Positions 25,081-34,459 of a DNA stretch of 64,000 bases are shown here, piece by piece (position 1 is the first letter of the stretch; every line of letters starts with the position of its first letter). A model generated the notes under the pieces. That model was given only the letters and a program-made list of their open reading frames with translations. It searched no databases and had not been told where the DNA came from. The DNA lies in NCBI GenBank assembly GCA_963575745.1, contig CAUYUJ010000001.1, positions 1,550,001 to 1,614,000 on the forward strand. Reading direction: 5' to 3'. A program made the translations under genes and the position numbers. The stretch is from Prorocentrum cordatum. Lineage: Eukaryota.

Positions 25081-25451
25081 CGCGACGCTAAGGCGAGAGC
25101 TACATTTTGAAAACGACCCGCCGTCAACCCGTTAAACTCTTGCAGATGTTGAGAACGAAAGCGCGCGGCGCAATGGCGAGAGCCACATTTTGAAAACCAC
25201 CCGACCTCAATCCGCTAAACGCTTGCAAATTTTGAAAACGAAAGCGTGCGGGGCAAAGGCGAGAGCCACATTTTGAAAACCGCCCGCCCAGAATCCGTGA
25301 AACTCTGGCAAATCTTGAAAGCGAATGTGCGCGGCGCTAAGGCGAGAGCCACATTTTGTGAACGACCCGCCGTCAATCCGAGAAACTCTCGCAAATGTTG
25401 AGCCTGGCCCGCCCTAAAAACTGGCCTCGGGGTGCGACAGGGAGGAGTTAT
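25081..25451 (+). repeat. ~83-bp tandem units plus conserved end, copy 2
   Basis: Four units near 25081, 25163, 25247 and 25329, with the same terminal block as 4206-4252. Confidence 0.85.
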
Positions 25452-25555
25452 CTACAATGAGAAGGAATGGAGAGGAGGAGGAGGAGAGCAGTAGGAGGAG
25501 GAGGAGGAGGAGGAGGAGGAGGAGGAGGAGAAGGAGGAGAAGGAGGAGGAGGAGG

Positions 25556-25600
<45 letters not shown>

Positions 25601-25766
25601 TGCAGGAGCAGGCGCAGGAGGAGGAGGAGCAGGAGGAGGAGGAGGAGGAGGAGGAGGAGGAACAAGGCCGTACCACCCTCGATTTCCTTCACCCGCTCCT
25701 CCTGCCTCGATCGTTTGGCCCCCTTCCCCTCACGCCACCTGCCCGCTGCGGCCCGCGCGCCCCGAG

Positions 25767-25821
25767 GTCCTGCAACTGGAACCTCGAGCAGGCCGTGCAG
25801 CTGCACATGGCCTCCGAGGAG
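25767..25821 (+). CDS. FAF2: Exon of FAF2-like gene (UBA-like NWNLEQAV motif)
   Basis: Acceptor ccgAG|G. Translates as (R)SCNWNLEQAVQLHMASEE, with the typical UBA-like NWxLExA motif. Probable GA donor; the exact 3' end is uncertain. Confidence 0.75.
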
Positions 25822-26189
25822 GACCCTGCCTCTGCCCCTGCCTCCGCGGCAGCCGCCCGCGGATCCCCCCCTCGTGCCACTCCCAGGGCTCCTTTCGACT
25901 CCTCCGACTCCATTCGGTTCGGTTCCGATGGCTTCGATCCCGATTCGAATTCGGGATTCCGGTCTGGGCTCCGATCTCTTATCGGAGGCGTGCTAGCCTG
26001 CCGATTGACGCCGATTCGGCTTCTCCCAACTCGGCTGCCGATTTCCGCCGATCCGATTCATTGCGATCGCCGATCCGACTTGTCGATTCGATTCTGGGCT
26101 CTCCTGTCCCTCCTGACGTGCCCTCCGCCTCCTGCTTCCCTACCCCGGCTGCTCTTATCTGAGGTGTTCCTGAGAGTAAAGGAAACAAA

Positions 26190-26367
26190 GGAACTGCATG
26201 GCCATAAACTTTCGGAGGTCCGCGCGGATTTCGTGGATCCGCGCTGGGTCCCCCTAGCGGCGCCTCCGGCGCCGCCTCTGGCTCGCGGAGCGCGGCTGGG
26301 AGGGGGCCCAGCGCCGATCCAAGAAAATCCGGACGGACCTCCCAAATTGGGTATGTTCATTCATTCC
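26190..26367. mobile_element. Palindromic MITE-like family B, copy 1
   Basis: GGAGGTCCGCGCGGATTTCGTGGATCCGCGCTGGG / CCCAGCGCCGATCCAAGAAAATCCGGACGGACCTCC. Confidence 0.75.
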
Positions 26368-27625
26368 GTTTCTGATAGTCTAGAAAAGAACTCGGTGGCG
26401 GAACGCCGGCGGAAGCGGGTAAGGCGGCAGAAATAAACGTGAGACGTGAACAGATTGTGTTTCAGGGTTTGGGCAATCGCTCCTCGTGTTCTGCTCTGGC
26501 TCATCCCCCCCAGCCCCTCTTGGTTTCTCTTGGGGCCATCGACTGGGTCCGCAGGCGGCATCCTGGAAAGAGAGATGGGCGGTGGCGGACATTGCGGCCT
26601 CAAGGTTATCACACTACGGACAGCTGAACGCGCGCAGCCAGTACGGCATTGGAGCAGCGGTGTGCCATACGTATGCGCCTTCCACTGTACAGAGCAGGAT
26701 TCACAGTCTCAGCACCAGGGTGTTACGAGAATCAGCCGCTCTGCGGGCGATCGGGAGTTTGTGACGATACTGCGCCCCTGTGTCCAGCTCTCCCCCCTCC
26801 TTCCCCCCTTTTTCCCTCTCACCCCTCCCTGCTCCCTGTGGCACCACAAGTACCTTCGTTGTCTGCTTGCTTCGAGCACCTGCACCACCACCCTCGTGCA
26901 ATGGCCGCCGCCATTGCCGATTCGTCATAAGTTATCTCTATCCATGTTGGCCTTAAAAAAACCGCGCAGGATCCTTCCTGGATGCGCGCGTTCGTAGGGT
27001 AGCTTGCCTTGTGTGCCAACGGCGACGTGCTGCTTACAGGGATCAGAACGCAGAGGCCGAGAGAGACCGAGGGCTCCGTTATTCATTTGGCTCGAGCCAG
27101 TTGCCGTGGATGGAGCGCGAGGGCCGCTGACGCAATTTGTCACGAAGGATTGCCACAACTCGCGCTGGCTGACCGCACCCTGAGTTGTCCTTGAGGGGGG
27201 CAGACCTTGCCGACAGTAACCGCGCCAGCGGTGGGCGTTCCGAGGCCTCTGGCACGGCCCCTGGGGCCGCGCGAGGATGCTGCTGTGTAAGGAGTGCGGC
27301 CTCGGAATTCGTCCCCGTCCTCCGCTGCTGTGTCTCGCCCTCCTCCTCCGCCTCCTCCTCCGCCTCCTCCTCCGCCTCCGTTTCCTCCTCCTCCTCCTCC
27401 GCCTCCTCCTCCTCCTCTCCTCCTCCTCCTCGGACCCCTGCCTGGCCTTCTGGCGTCCCCTTCAGATGCCACGACGTACGGAGCACGTGCGTGGCGGCGT
27501 CGGTTCAGGCGCTCGCTCCCTCGGCGTCACCTCAGTCCTCTCTCCCGCCTCCTCCTGCTTCTCGCCCTCCTCGTCTTCTCCCCTCGCCTCCTCCGCCCCG
27601 CTTGTCCTCCCCGTGTCCTAGCCAG

Positions 27626-27860
27626 GTCGCCCAAGTCCCCTCGCAGAGGCGCGGAGGGCGGGGGTGAACTGCGGGTGGCTCGGAAGGAGCGGGAGCCGGA
27701 GCAACTCCCCGATGACCTCATCGAGCTCCGCCGGTGCCGCGAGAAGGAGCTGGAGCGGATACACCACCTCGAGCGCTCCAACGCGGAGATCCTCGAGGCA
27801 CTGGAGGCGGAGGACGACCAGGAGCTCAGGGAGGCTGTGCGTGAGAACGAGCAGGTCATC
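27626..27860 (+). CDS. TMA17/Adc17-like small coiled-coil protein, 5' part
   Basis: Translates as ...ERIHHLERSNAEILEALEAEDDQELREAVRENEQVI, resembling the HLxxSNxEL...D...EAIxENxxVI pattern I recall for the TMA17 family. Preceded by a pyrimidine tract and ccAG|G. No start codon identified. Confidence 0.5.
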
Positions 27861-27861
27861 G

Positions 27862-28187
27862 TAGGGCGACGAGATTTGTGCACATCCACAGCCTCTGGCC
27901 AGGCCCATCCTGGGCCCACGATCGGCGTATACTCCCCATAGGCTCAATGAACTAGACAAGCAGGTGGATACATGCAGTTTCGGGTGATGGTTGTAATTTT
28001 GGCGGCTTTCTTAAAAGATGCGAACGTCTGTATTGTTTAGGTGAAGCGTGGTTGTGTTGATGTTTTTAGGCATGCGTCACGAGGGATCCCTCCTGGCTGC
28101 GGGCTTGGAGGGGCGCATCCCCGCCGCTCTGGGCTCCAGCATGGGCATGGCCAGGGGCGGCACACGTGTGCAGAACTCGTGGCCCCA
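27862..28187. mobile_element. Introner/MITE-like insertion with ~60-bp imperfect TIRs and 5-bp TSD (CATCG)
   Basis: CATCG at 27857-61 and 28188-92. Left end TAGGGCGACGAG..TGCACA..CTGGCCAGGCCCATCCTGG versus reverse complement of the right end TGGGGCCACGAG..TGCACA..CTGGCCATGCCCATGCTGG. Confidence 0.75.
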
Positions 28188-28188
28188 C

Positions 28189-28323
28189 ATCGCCCAGAAG
28201 CACGAGAAGATACGCGAGATCGACGCCTGGGTTCGCCAGATCACGGAAGCCCGGGCCAGCCTCTTCCCCTCGGCGCGGGCCGCTGCCGCTCCGGCGCCGC
28301 TCCCGGAGGGCCTGGACCTGTGA
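28189..28323 (+). CDS. TMA17/Adc17-like protein, 3' part
   Basis: Translates as IAQKHEKIREIDAWVRQITEARASLFPSARAAAAPAPLPEGLDL*. It continues the helix once 27862-28187 is removed. The terminal EGLDL resembles the family's EGxxL end. Confidence 0.5.
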   Translation: MAQKHEKIREIDAWVRQITEARASLFPSARAAAAPAPLPEGLDL

Positions 28324-28490
28324 GGGCCGGGGCGGGCGGACTGCTGCCTTCTGGAGCTCCTGTACGTGTCGGCCTCCGTTGGCACGCCGTCGGTCGGCGC
28401 GACCGGCGTTCCTCCGAAGTGGGGTGTGCCTTCGCAGAGAACGCGCAAATCTCACCGTCCCCATCGTCCCACGCTCGAAGCAAACAGCGC

Positions 28491-28662
28491 CATGAACACG
28501 AATTGTTGACGCTCCGCGCGGATTTCTTGGATCCGCGCTGGGCCCCCTCCCCTGGCGGCGCCTCTGGCGCCGCCCCTGGCGCGCCCGCCCCGCGCGCCAG
28601 GGAGGGGGGTCCCGCGCAGATCCAAGAAATCCACGCGGAGCGCCAGCAGTTTATGTTAACAT
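28491..28662. mobile_element. Palindromic MITE-like family B, copy 2
   Basis: CGCTCCGCGCGGATTTCTTGGATCCGCGCTGGG / CCCGCGCAGATCCAAGAAATCCACGCGGAGCG. Confidence 0.75.
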
Positions 28663-29158
28663 TTTAGTCGGCTTGGTCCTGGGCGCAAGCAGGGCTAATC
28701 CGATTCAGTGGCCCTGAATCGGGCCTAATAGCCTTTGCATGTATCTTACGAAGGCCTCCCAGAAGTTGGTCGAAAACCGGCCTAATCCGACACAATCTGG
28801 TTCAATCCAGCGTTTCCCAATTCTTTTGCATGAATCGGGCAATCTGGGTTAACCTTGCTCAATGACCCTTGAGTCTGGCCTGCTGCCTCGACTTCTCTTT
28901 CGATGACCTCCCACTAGCTGCCTCCTAAGCCTGGTCGGCGCACGCCGGCTGCCCCTTCTTGCGGCCGCCGCCCGGAAAGGGCACACGGCCCTTCGGAGCT
29001 GCCCCCCCCCCCCCCCCCCCGGGAACAGCCCTCAGATGGCCCCTGCATCGAGCCTTGCAGCCCTTGAGCGTTGCCCCCCAAGCTTGACCAGCCGACCTCG
29101 GCTGCCCCGCTGCCCCGCCGCGTCTGGGCCGCCCCCTCTGCGGCCGCCGCTGCGGCAG

Positions 29159-29228
29159 GACGGGGCGCAGCTGGCGGGCTCCAGCTCCGCGGCGGCGGGC
29201 AGCGGCCTCGGCGCCCCGCTGCTCGGAG
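29159..29228 (+). CDS. FAF2: Exon of FAF2-like gene (low-complexity linker)
   Basis: Acceptor gcAG|G. Translates as DGAQLAGSSSAAAGSGLGAPLLG. AG|GC donor, phase 1, compatible with both neighbours. Confidence 0.55.
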
Positions 29229-30051
29229 GCCACCCGCGCAGGGGAGGGGCAGGGGTCGCCGGTCTCCTCGGGTCCTCGAGCCTCGCCCCCCCTCCTCGGC
29301 CCTCCCCACCAAGCCGCAGCGTGCGGGGCTCGGTCGGCCACCTCCCCGACGATCCCGACGGCCCCTCCCCACGACTACGAGCGACCTCCGCCCCCCCTCG
29401 ACGCCCACCGCCCACTCCACCGCTGCGCCTGCGCCGCCCGGTCCCTGGCGCTGCCGCGGGGTCCGTAGCCTCGTCCCAGGTGGCCCTTCTCTCCCGGCCT
29501 CTAGCCTGGCCTGTTTGCTTGCGTTTGCTTCCCCTCTCCTCCTTTTCCGTGCCTCCCTCCCTCCCCCTAGGGCAGCACAGCCTGCCCGGGACCAACGTGG
29601 CGGCGCGCAGGGCTCTATCGGCGCACCACATAGTTTGGCCGAGAATCTCGCGGGGGCCTAACAGCCCCGCTCGGCTCACCTCTCGCACCGGGTGCGCGGT
29701 GGGCGCGGCGTCCTCGATCCCGCACGGCCGCGTTCCTCCTCGATCCTCCTCCAGCCGTTTTGGCCGCGCTGCACGGCCCGTCGGCGGCGCCGGGGGGCCA
29801 GCGGGAGAGGGCCCTCCCCGCCGTCTCGCCTCCTCGTTGGTTGTCCTCCTCCTCCTCCTCCTCCTCCTCCTCCTCCTCCTCCTCCTCTCCTCCTCCTCCT
29901 CCTCCTCCTCCTCCTCCTCCTCCTCCTCCTCCTCCTCCTCCTGCGCTGTGGCCAGGCAGCGCGAAGGCGGCAGGGAACGATTAGCAGAGGCTCGTTCCCC
30001 CTTCGGTCTGGGTCACGGGCAGCGGGCCGCAGGCCAGAGGAGGGTATACAC

Positions 30052-30094
<43 letters not shown>

Positions 30095-30117
30095 ATATTA
30101 TATATTATTTATATACA

Positions 30118-30139
30118 TCCGTAGCCATTTTGGCTCAAG
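30118..30139 (+). other. Dinoflagellate spliced leader (DinoSL), perfect genomic copy
   Basis: TCCGTAGCCATTTTGGCTCAAG is a 22/22 match to DCCGTAGCCATTTTGGCTCAAG. It is followed by GCCATG and retrotransposon ORFs, not by an SL-RNA intron. Confidence 0.97.
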
Positions 30140-30142
30140 GCC

Positions 30143-33100
30143 ATGAACCGTCCCGACGACAGCGAGTCTTTCGGGGCGACGTCTGAGCGCGAGGGAGGTT
30201 CCGCTTTGAGGCCGCTCTCCATTTCGATTCGCCTGTGTCTGTGTTTCGGTTTCGTGCACATCTACTTCTTACATCCCCTACGGGGGCAATTGAGGTTTCA
30301 TCCCTCACATCTTTGCCAGGGCTCTGTACATCCACGTCGATGCTTGATGGCGCTGGAGACTCTTCTCAGCACAGTGGTGCAAGTGGCTGCCGTCTGGGTG
30401 GTGGGAAGGGCGGCGGTCGAGGCAGTGCAGGTGCGGCCTCAGCGTCGAAGCTCAGGCACCACTTCATCGGCGACCAGACGGAGGAGCCGAGCAGCAAAGC
30501 CAGTCGTGTGGATGCACTCATCGAGGCTGGCCCGTGGCGCCAGGCTGGCAGCGCAGCGGCAGGCTCCCCTCGGGCGGGTGGGGCCGCTGCGGCGGCTGAG
30601 GCTGGGACTCCTTCTACTGGCACTGGCTCTCCTGGGCCTACTCCTGGTACGCCTGTTGCCCAAGACGTGCGGGTGCTGCGACGCTGCGACCTGGATGACA
30701 TCCTCAGCACCCTGCGCGCCGACATCACCCAGTCGGTCCATGCCTCGGTCGCCGAGGCCATCACCAAGATGGAGCACAACATACATGAGGGCACGGCCAA
30801 AGCGGTTCGTGCACTGGCTGTTCGACAGGAAGCTTTCAATGAGGAGATGGGGCTCCGAGTCCGCGACCTCGACTCGCGGCAGGATGTCTTGGAGCGTTCA
30901 CACAGAGACATGCGTGAGGAGGTCAGGCGGCTCCAGCAGATCGTTCACCAATGTGAGCAGGCGGTGCCTGCCATTCACGACATCGCGGAGAATGCGAGTT
31001 TCACCAGGGAGCCGAACCACACTATCTACACGGCCACCACGCAGGAACCCGCTGCAAAGGAGGAGGCCCGTGCCAGCGTTCTGGAGTGGCTCGAGGCGGG
31101 AGGCTTCGCGGAGGACCAGTGGGAGACTCGAGGCGATGGACCAGGAAGGCGATTCATTGTACAATTCAAGGGCGCCGAGGGCCTCGCTGCCCGACGCGTT
31201 CAGCATGCCTTCAAGAAGCTCAGGCTGGACAACGGGGCTTGGGGGCGCTTCGAGACTGCAACTCCTGCTGGCGCTCGGACTTCCCTGTTTATCAGTCTGG
31301 ACAAGAATGCGCAGATGGTGCGCCGTGAAATTCAATCGAAGAAGCTCCTCGAGATCATCAAGCGCGACGGCGTGCCTGGGCGGTGGCGTGCGAACAGAGC
31401 ACAGGGAGTCATATATCACGGCTCCTCTCCGGTGGTCAGGGTCGTCATTCCAGACGAGGCGAGCCAAGCGACGAGCCTGGAATGGAACTATCGCATGGTC
31501 ACTGATCTTGGCGTGGACAAGTCTGCTGTCAAGGATGCCTTCGAGGAATTATTCGGCGAGGTGGAGCGAGTCCAGTGGTTTATTTAATGATCGACTCGCG
31601 TGCTGGAGGCCTCCATCTGCCTCTTCGGCACCGCTGACGATGGGCACGTGGAATACGCGCGCCCTTCTCCATCATGACCGACGCGTGGGAGGTGTTCGAG
31701 AGCACAAGCTTCAACATCTTGCACAGCACCTGAGGCGCGGCGCCATCATGGCGCTTCAGGAGGTCCACTCGACCGAGGCGGAGCTACGGCAAGCGCTTCA
31801 TCGGCTACACATTCCTCACCGTGCCTTCTGTTCCTTTCTGCCTCAGGCCGATGCGGGAGGGGTGGCTCTTGTCATTCCCTGTGATGCTGGCGTCGAGAGG
31901 CGAGCTCGCTTCTTGCGTGAGGTCCTCGCCCGTGGGAGGGTGCAGCGTGTGCGGATTTCGGGAATCCTTGCCAGCTCCTCGGCTCATGCTTGCAGCGCGG
32001 TCATCTACAATGTGCGCAATTTCAATTTGACGGATGGCGAGAGGGAGGTACTGCAGGCGCAGTTATCTGCGGATCTCACTGTGGCCGACATGGCCCCAGA
32101 GCGGGTCACAGTGTTTCTGTTGGGCGACTTCAATATCTACAAGCAGTTACCGATGTATCCGAGGGCTCCTGAGATTGACCGTCGAAGAAGTCCTGGAGAC
32201 ACGGCGCGCAGGCCGCGCGAGCAGTTCTGGAAGGAGCTCTTCAATCGAATGATGGAAATAGACAACGAGCTGCCCGCGCACTACGTGACCAACGAGTGGC
32301 AGCCCAAGCTCACGCATATAGATCGGGCCTTCGTTTCGCTGCCGAGCTGGCAGACGCTCCAGCACCACATTTGCGCGGCCACTCCTGAGTATCCCGAGCT
32401 GTTACATGATCGTGGACTGAGTGATCGCGCTCCTGTCACCACAAGCATTGAGGTGCGGAGCAGGGCTGCAGCGTCGGAGCAGAGGGCGCCCACGCATTTC
32501 TTCAAGGACCCAGAGTTCAAGCAGCAGCACGAGCGCCTCAGACTCTTGGTGGGTTGGTTTCGTTTGTCGGCGCGTGGCGGACGCAACAAGCACAAGGAGC
32601 TGATGTTCGAGGCTGCCAGGCGCGTGCGCAACCTGAGGCTGCAGCGCCCGCTCGGCGAAACCAAGCTGATGGTATTCAGGTCGATGTCGAGGGCTGTCTG
32701 GCGAGACGACGTGGCCCTTGGACGACGGCCCCTTCGCTCCTGTGAGTTCGCCCGTGCATATCTCGATGTGACTGAGACGGAGGTGAACCTGATTCGCCCC
32801 CCGACCTTCGCCAGGGACTTCGCTCAGGAGCAGCAGGCGCACTTCGAAGCGCGCATGGCGGCACTTGGCGACAGGGGGAAAAAGGCATTCGACAGCTCAT
32901 CATTTAGGGCGGTCAGCGCTCTTCGCAGGAAGCTCAATCGTCGGGCAGCTTTGTGGGCGCCCTTCGGGCGCTCGCTGAAGCTTCAGGGAATCGCGGTGCC
33001 TGCGGAGGGTGGCGGGGTCCAGGTGCTGCACGGCCAGGAGGACATGTTGGGTGCGCTGCGTGTGCATTGGGCCCCCATTTTCCAGGCCAAGGCGCAGATT

Positions 33101-34459
33101 GATGACTGGGAGAGGTTGGCCGAGCGCTACATGAAGGAGCACGCTCCGAGGCTAGCGGTGGCGGGCATCTTGCCGCCTGACAAGCGATCCCTGCTTCTGG
33201 CAGCGGCGAGGGCCAAGGAGTCCGCCCCTGGCCCAGACGGGCTGCCGTACCTGGCATGGCGGGCGTGCCCAGCGGCGGTGGCCTCCATCGAAGATGTGGT
33301 GCTTGACATAGCGGCAGGGCCACCGCCGCCCGTCGACTGGAACGATCACCTGGTGGCCTTCCTACCCAAGGGGTCTCTCGAGGAGGACCTCCCCGACGGC
33401 CTCTATCGGTCGCCAGGGTCCACTCGGGCGATTGCGCTCGAGAATTCAGATTGCAAGCTGGTGGCTGCGGCAGTCAACTTCAGCATCAAGGGTGCGGTGG
33501 AACGCGCCTCGCCCGCTCCGCTGCGAGGATTTCTGCGAGGACGGAATTTCCTTGACAACATCACGCTCTTGGACACGAAGGCTCGCGCTGCGGGCTACCA
33601 GGGCGATGTGGCCGTCGTCAAGCCTGTGCTGGCGCTGTGCGACTTTGGCGACGCGTCCCCGTCGCTGAGGGTCGAGTGGCTCTCTGCGATGATGGTCTTC
33701 TCAGGCTTCGAGGGGGATCTGCTCTTTACGCTTGCTGCGCTGTGCTGGCTGCCCACGGCGTATATTCAGATCGCTGGCATGATGGTTCACTTTGCATGCA
33801 TCACTTGCGGGCTGGCACAGGGTTGCCCGTCGTCAGGCTCACTATGGGCGATCATCATGGGCCCGTTCATTCACCACATGCAGAAGTACACGGACAGGAG
33901 TGAGTACTCGGCCCTGGGCGTGTGCGCGGACGATGTGGGAGCAGTGTTACGATCGAGGCGTCTCCTCCTTGGCATGAGGCGGGCGTTCGAGGCGCCCCGA
34001 GTGCTGGCAGGGCTTCGACTGAAGTTGGCCAAGTGCGTGCTCATCCCCCTGGACGGCCCCGTAACGGAGGAGTCCAAGTCGGAGCTCGTGAAGTGGCTGC
34101 AGGACTGGCTCCCGAGCTGGGCCACCATGTCGGTTAAGGACTGCGCCGGGTACTTGGGGTACATGATTGGGCCAGGAGCATCGGAGCTTGACGTATGGAG
34201 GAAGGCAGCCGCGAAGTGGCAGGCTCGTGTCCTCGACCTGGCCCAGTGCGGGGCGCGTGCCTCGCTCTCGGCCAAGCTCTACAACCAAAGGATCCTTCCC
34301 GTGCTGGGGCACCTCCAGCAGCTGGCGCGGGTGCCCAAGGAACTGCTGGAGCGGGAGGCGTGGGCGATCACGAAGATTTGGCACATGCCGCCGCAGAGCT
34401 TGTCCAGAGACGACTTACGCAGTCTAGGGCAGTGGGCTCCCTCCTCGAGGATCAGGTGA
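30143..34459 (+). CDS. LINE ORF2: AP-like endonuclease + reverse transcriptase (domains begin ~31630)
   Basis: APE motifs: GTWNTR, ALQEVH, GGVAL, LLGDFN, IDRAF, SDRAPV (catalytic H replaced by R). RT motifs: SAPGPDGLPY, FLPKG, RAIALENSDCK, GFLRGR, DFGDASPSL, GLAQGCPSSG, CADD (33923-34), GLRLKLAKC, YLGY. Confidence 0.92.
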   Translation: MNRPDDSESFGATSEREGGSALRPLSISIRLCLCFGFVHIYFLHPLRGQLRFHPSHLCQGSVHPRRCLMALETLLSTVVQVAAVWVVGRAAVEAVQVRPQRRSSGTTSSATRRRSRAAKPVVWMHSSRLARGARLAAQRQAPLGRVGPLRRLRLGLLLLALALLGLLLVRLLPKTCGCCDAATWMTSSAPCAPTSPSRSMPRSPRPSPRWSTTYMRARPKRFVHWLFDRKLSMRRWGSESATSTRGRMSWSVHTETCVRRSGGSSRSFTNVSRRCLPFTTSRRMRVSPGSRTTLSTRPPRRNPLQRRRPVPAFWSGSRREASRRTSGRLEAMDQEGDSLYNSRAPRASLPDAFSMPSRSSGWTTGLGGASRLQLLLALGLPCLSVWTRMRRWCAVKFNRRSSSRSSSATACLGGGVRTEHRESYITAPLRWSGSSFQTRRAKRRAWNGTIAWSLILAWTSLLSRMPSRNYSARWSESSGLFNDRLACWRPPSASSAPLTMGTWNTRALLHHDRRVGGVREHKLQHLAQHLRRGAIMALQEVHSTEAELRQALHRLHIPHRAFCSFLPQADAGGVALVIPCDAGVERRARFLREVLARGRVQRVRISGILASSSAHACSAVIYNVRNFNLTDGEREVLQAQLSADLTVADMAPERVTVFLLGDFNIYKQLPMYPRAPEIDRRRSPGDTARRPREQFWKELFNRMMEIDNELPAHYVTNEWQPKLTHIDRAFVSLPSWQTLQHHICAATPEYPELLHDRGLSDRAPVTTSIEVRSRAAASEQRAPTHFFKDPEFKQQHERLRLLVGWFRLSARGGRNKHKELMFEAARRVRNLRLQRPLGETKLMVFRSMSRAVWRDDVALGRRPLRSCEFARAYLDVTETEVNLIRPPTFARDFAQEQQAHFEARMAALGDRGKKAFDSSSFRAVSALRRKLNRRAALWAPFGRSLKLQGIAVPAEGGGVQVLHGQEDMLGALRVHWAPIFQAKAQIDDWERLAERYMKEHAPRLAVAGILPPDKRSLLLAAARAKESAPGPDGLPYLAWRACPAAVASIEDVVLDIAAGPPPPVDWNDHLVAFLPKGSLEEDLPDGLYRSPGSTRAIALENSDCKLVAAAVNFSIKGAVERASPAPLRGFLRGRNFLDNITLLDTKARAAGYQGDVAVVKPVLALCDFGDASPSLRVEWLSAMMVFSGFEGDLLFTLAALCWLPTAYIQIAGMMVHFACITCGLAQGCPSSGSLWAIIMGPFIHHMQKYTDRSEYSALGVCADDVGAVLRSRRLLLGMRRAFEAPRVLAGLRLKLAKCVLIPLDGPVTEESKSELVKWLQDWLPSWATMSVKDCAGYLGYMIGPGASELDVWRKAAAKWQARVLDLAQCGARASLSAKLYNQRILPVLGHLQQLARVPKELLEREAWAITKIWHMPPQSLSRDDLRSLGQWAPSSRIR
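30340..31587 (+). CDS. LINE ORF1 protein (G/A-rich N-terminus, coiled coil, RRM-like C-terminal part)
   Basis: Part of open frame 30235..31587, first ATG at 30340. Heptad segment LRVRDLDSRQDVLERSHRDMREEVRRLQQIV. Positioned directly upstream of the APE domain. Confidence 0.8.
   Translation: MLDGAGDSSQHSGASGCRLGGGKGGGRGSAGAASASKLRHHFIGDQTEEPSSKASRVDALIEAGPWRQAGSAAAGSPRAGGAAAAAEAGTPSTGTGSPGPTPGTPVAQDVRVLRRCDLDDILSTLRADITQSVHASVAEAITKMEHNIHEGTAKAVRALAVRQEAFNEEMGLRVRDLDSRQDVLERSHRDMREEVRRLQQIVHQCEQAVPAIHDIAENASFTREPNHTIYTATTQEPAAKEEARASVLEWLEAGGFAEDQWETRGDGPGRRFIVQFKGAEGLAARRVQHAFKKLRLDNGAWGRFETATPAGARTSLFISLDKNAQMVRREIQSKKLLEIIKRDGVPGRWRANRAQGVIYHGSSPVVRVVIPDEASQATSLEWNYRMVTDLGVDKSAVKDAFEELFGEVERVQWFI

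Noticed and set aside
30118..30180. SL RNA gene
   Set aside because: The SL is followed by GCCATG and LINE ORFs rather than an SL-RNA intron, and there is no tandem SL/5S array.
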